NCBI GenBank assembly: GCA_051942245.1 | Contig: JAVECL010000138.1 | Span: 1 to 45,031, forward strand | Length of the DNA stretch: 45,031 nucleotides | Direction: 5' to 3' | From: Trypethelium eluteriae | Lineage: Eukaryota | In this document: in pieces, positions 45,015-45,031 of the stretch | How the letters are laid out: each line of letters begins with the position of its first letter | How positions within the stretch are numbered: position 1 is the first letter of the stretch | Made by a program: the position numbers and the translations under genes | The notes under the pieces: generated by a model | What the model saw: the letters and a program-made list of their open reading frames with translations, nothing else | The model's database searches: none | Told to the model about the DNA's origin: nothing

Positions 45015-45031
45015 AAATTTTAGATAATAAT

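Noticed and set aside
1..45031. Captain tyrosine recombinase (DUF3435), transposase or reverse transcriptase
   Set aside because: No ORF shows recognisable recombinase, DDE or RT motifs. The Starship call therefore rests on the auxiliary genes only.
1..45031. tRNA, rRNA (including 5S target sites) or other ncRNA genes
   Set aside because: None were recognisable by eye. A tRNAscan-SE or Infernal run would be needed to exclude them.

Overview
Intron-containing filamentous ascomycete (Pezizomycotina-type) genomic DNA; the species cannot be determined from sequence alone. The window looks like the interior of a giant Starship-type mobile element or a derelict one. From about 2.6 to 20 kb there is a very compact block containing three established Starship auxiliary families: a ferric-reductase/NOX-like gene, a DUF3723 gene and a patatin-like phospholipase. 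They are interleaved with a divergent MADS-box gene, a GPI-type cupredoxin, two Myb/SANT-like genes, an N/D-rich protein, coiled-coil proteins and a pseudokinase. From 20 to 45 kb there is cargo-like content: an F-box-like gene, several hypothetical or decayed ORFs, a Ras-family GTPase with substitutions at the G12/A59/Q61-equivalent positions, a 30-aa zinc-ribbon microprotein, an APH-like kinase head-to-head with a PD-(D/E)XK-like nuclease, and a small Zn2Cys6 factor. Non-coding features include several repeat arrays and a 53-bp loopless palindrome. No captain tyrosine recombinase (DUF3435) and no element boundary could be identified in the window. Exon structures were read by eye, and family names come from motif recognition rather than database searches.
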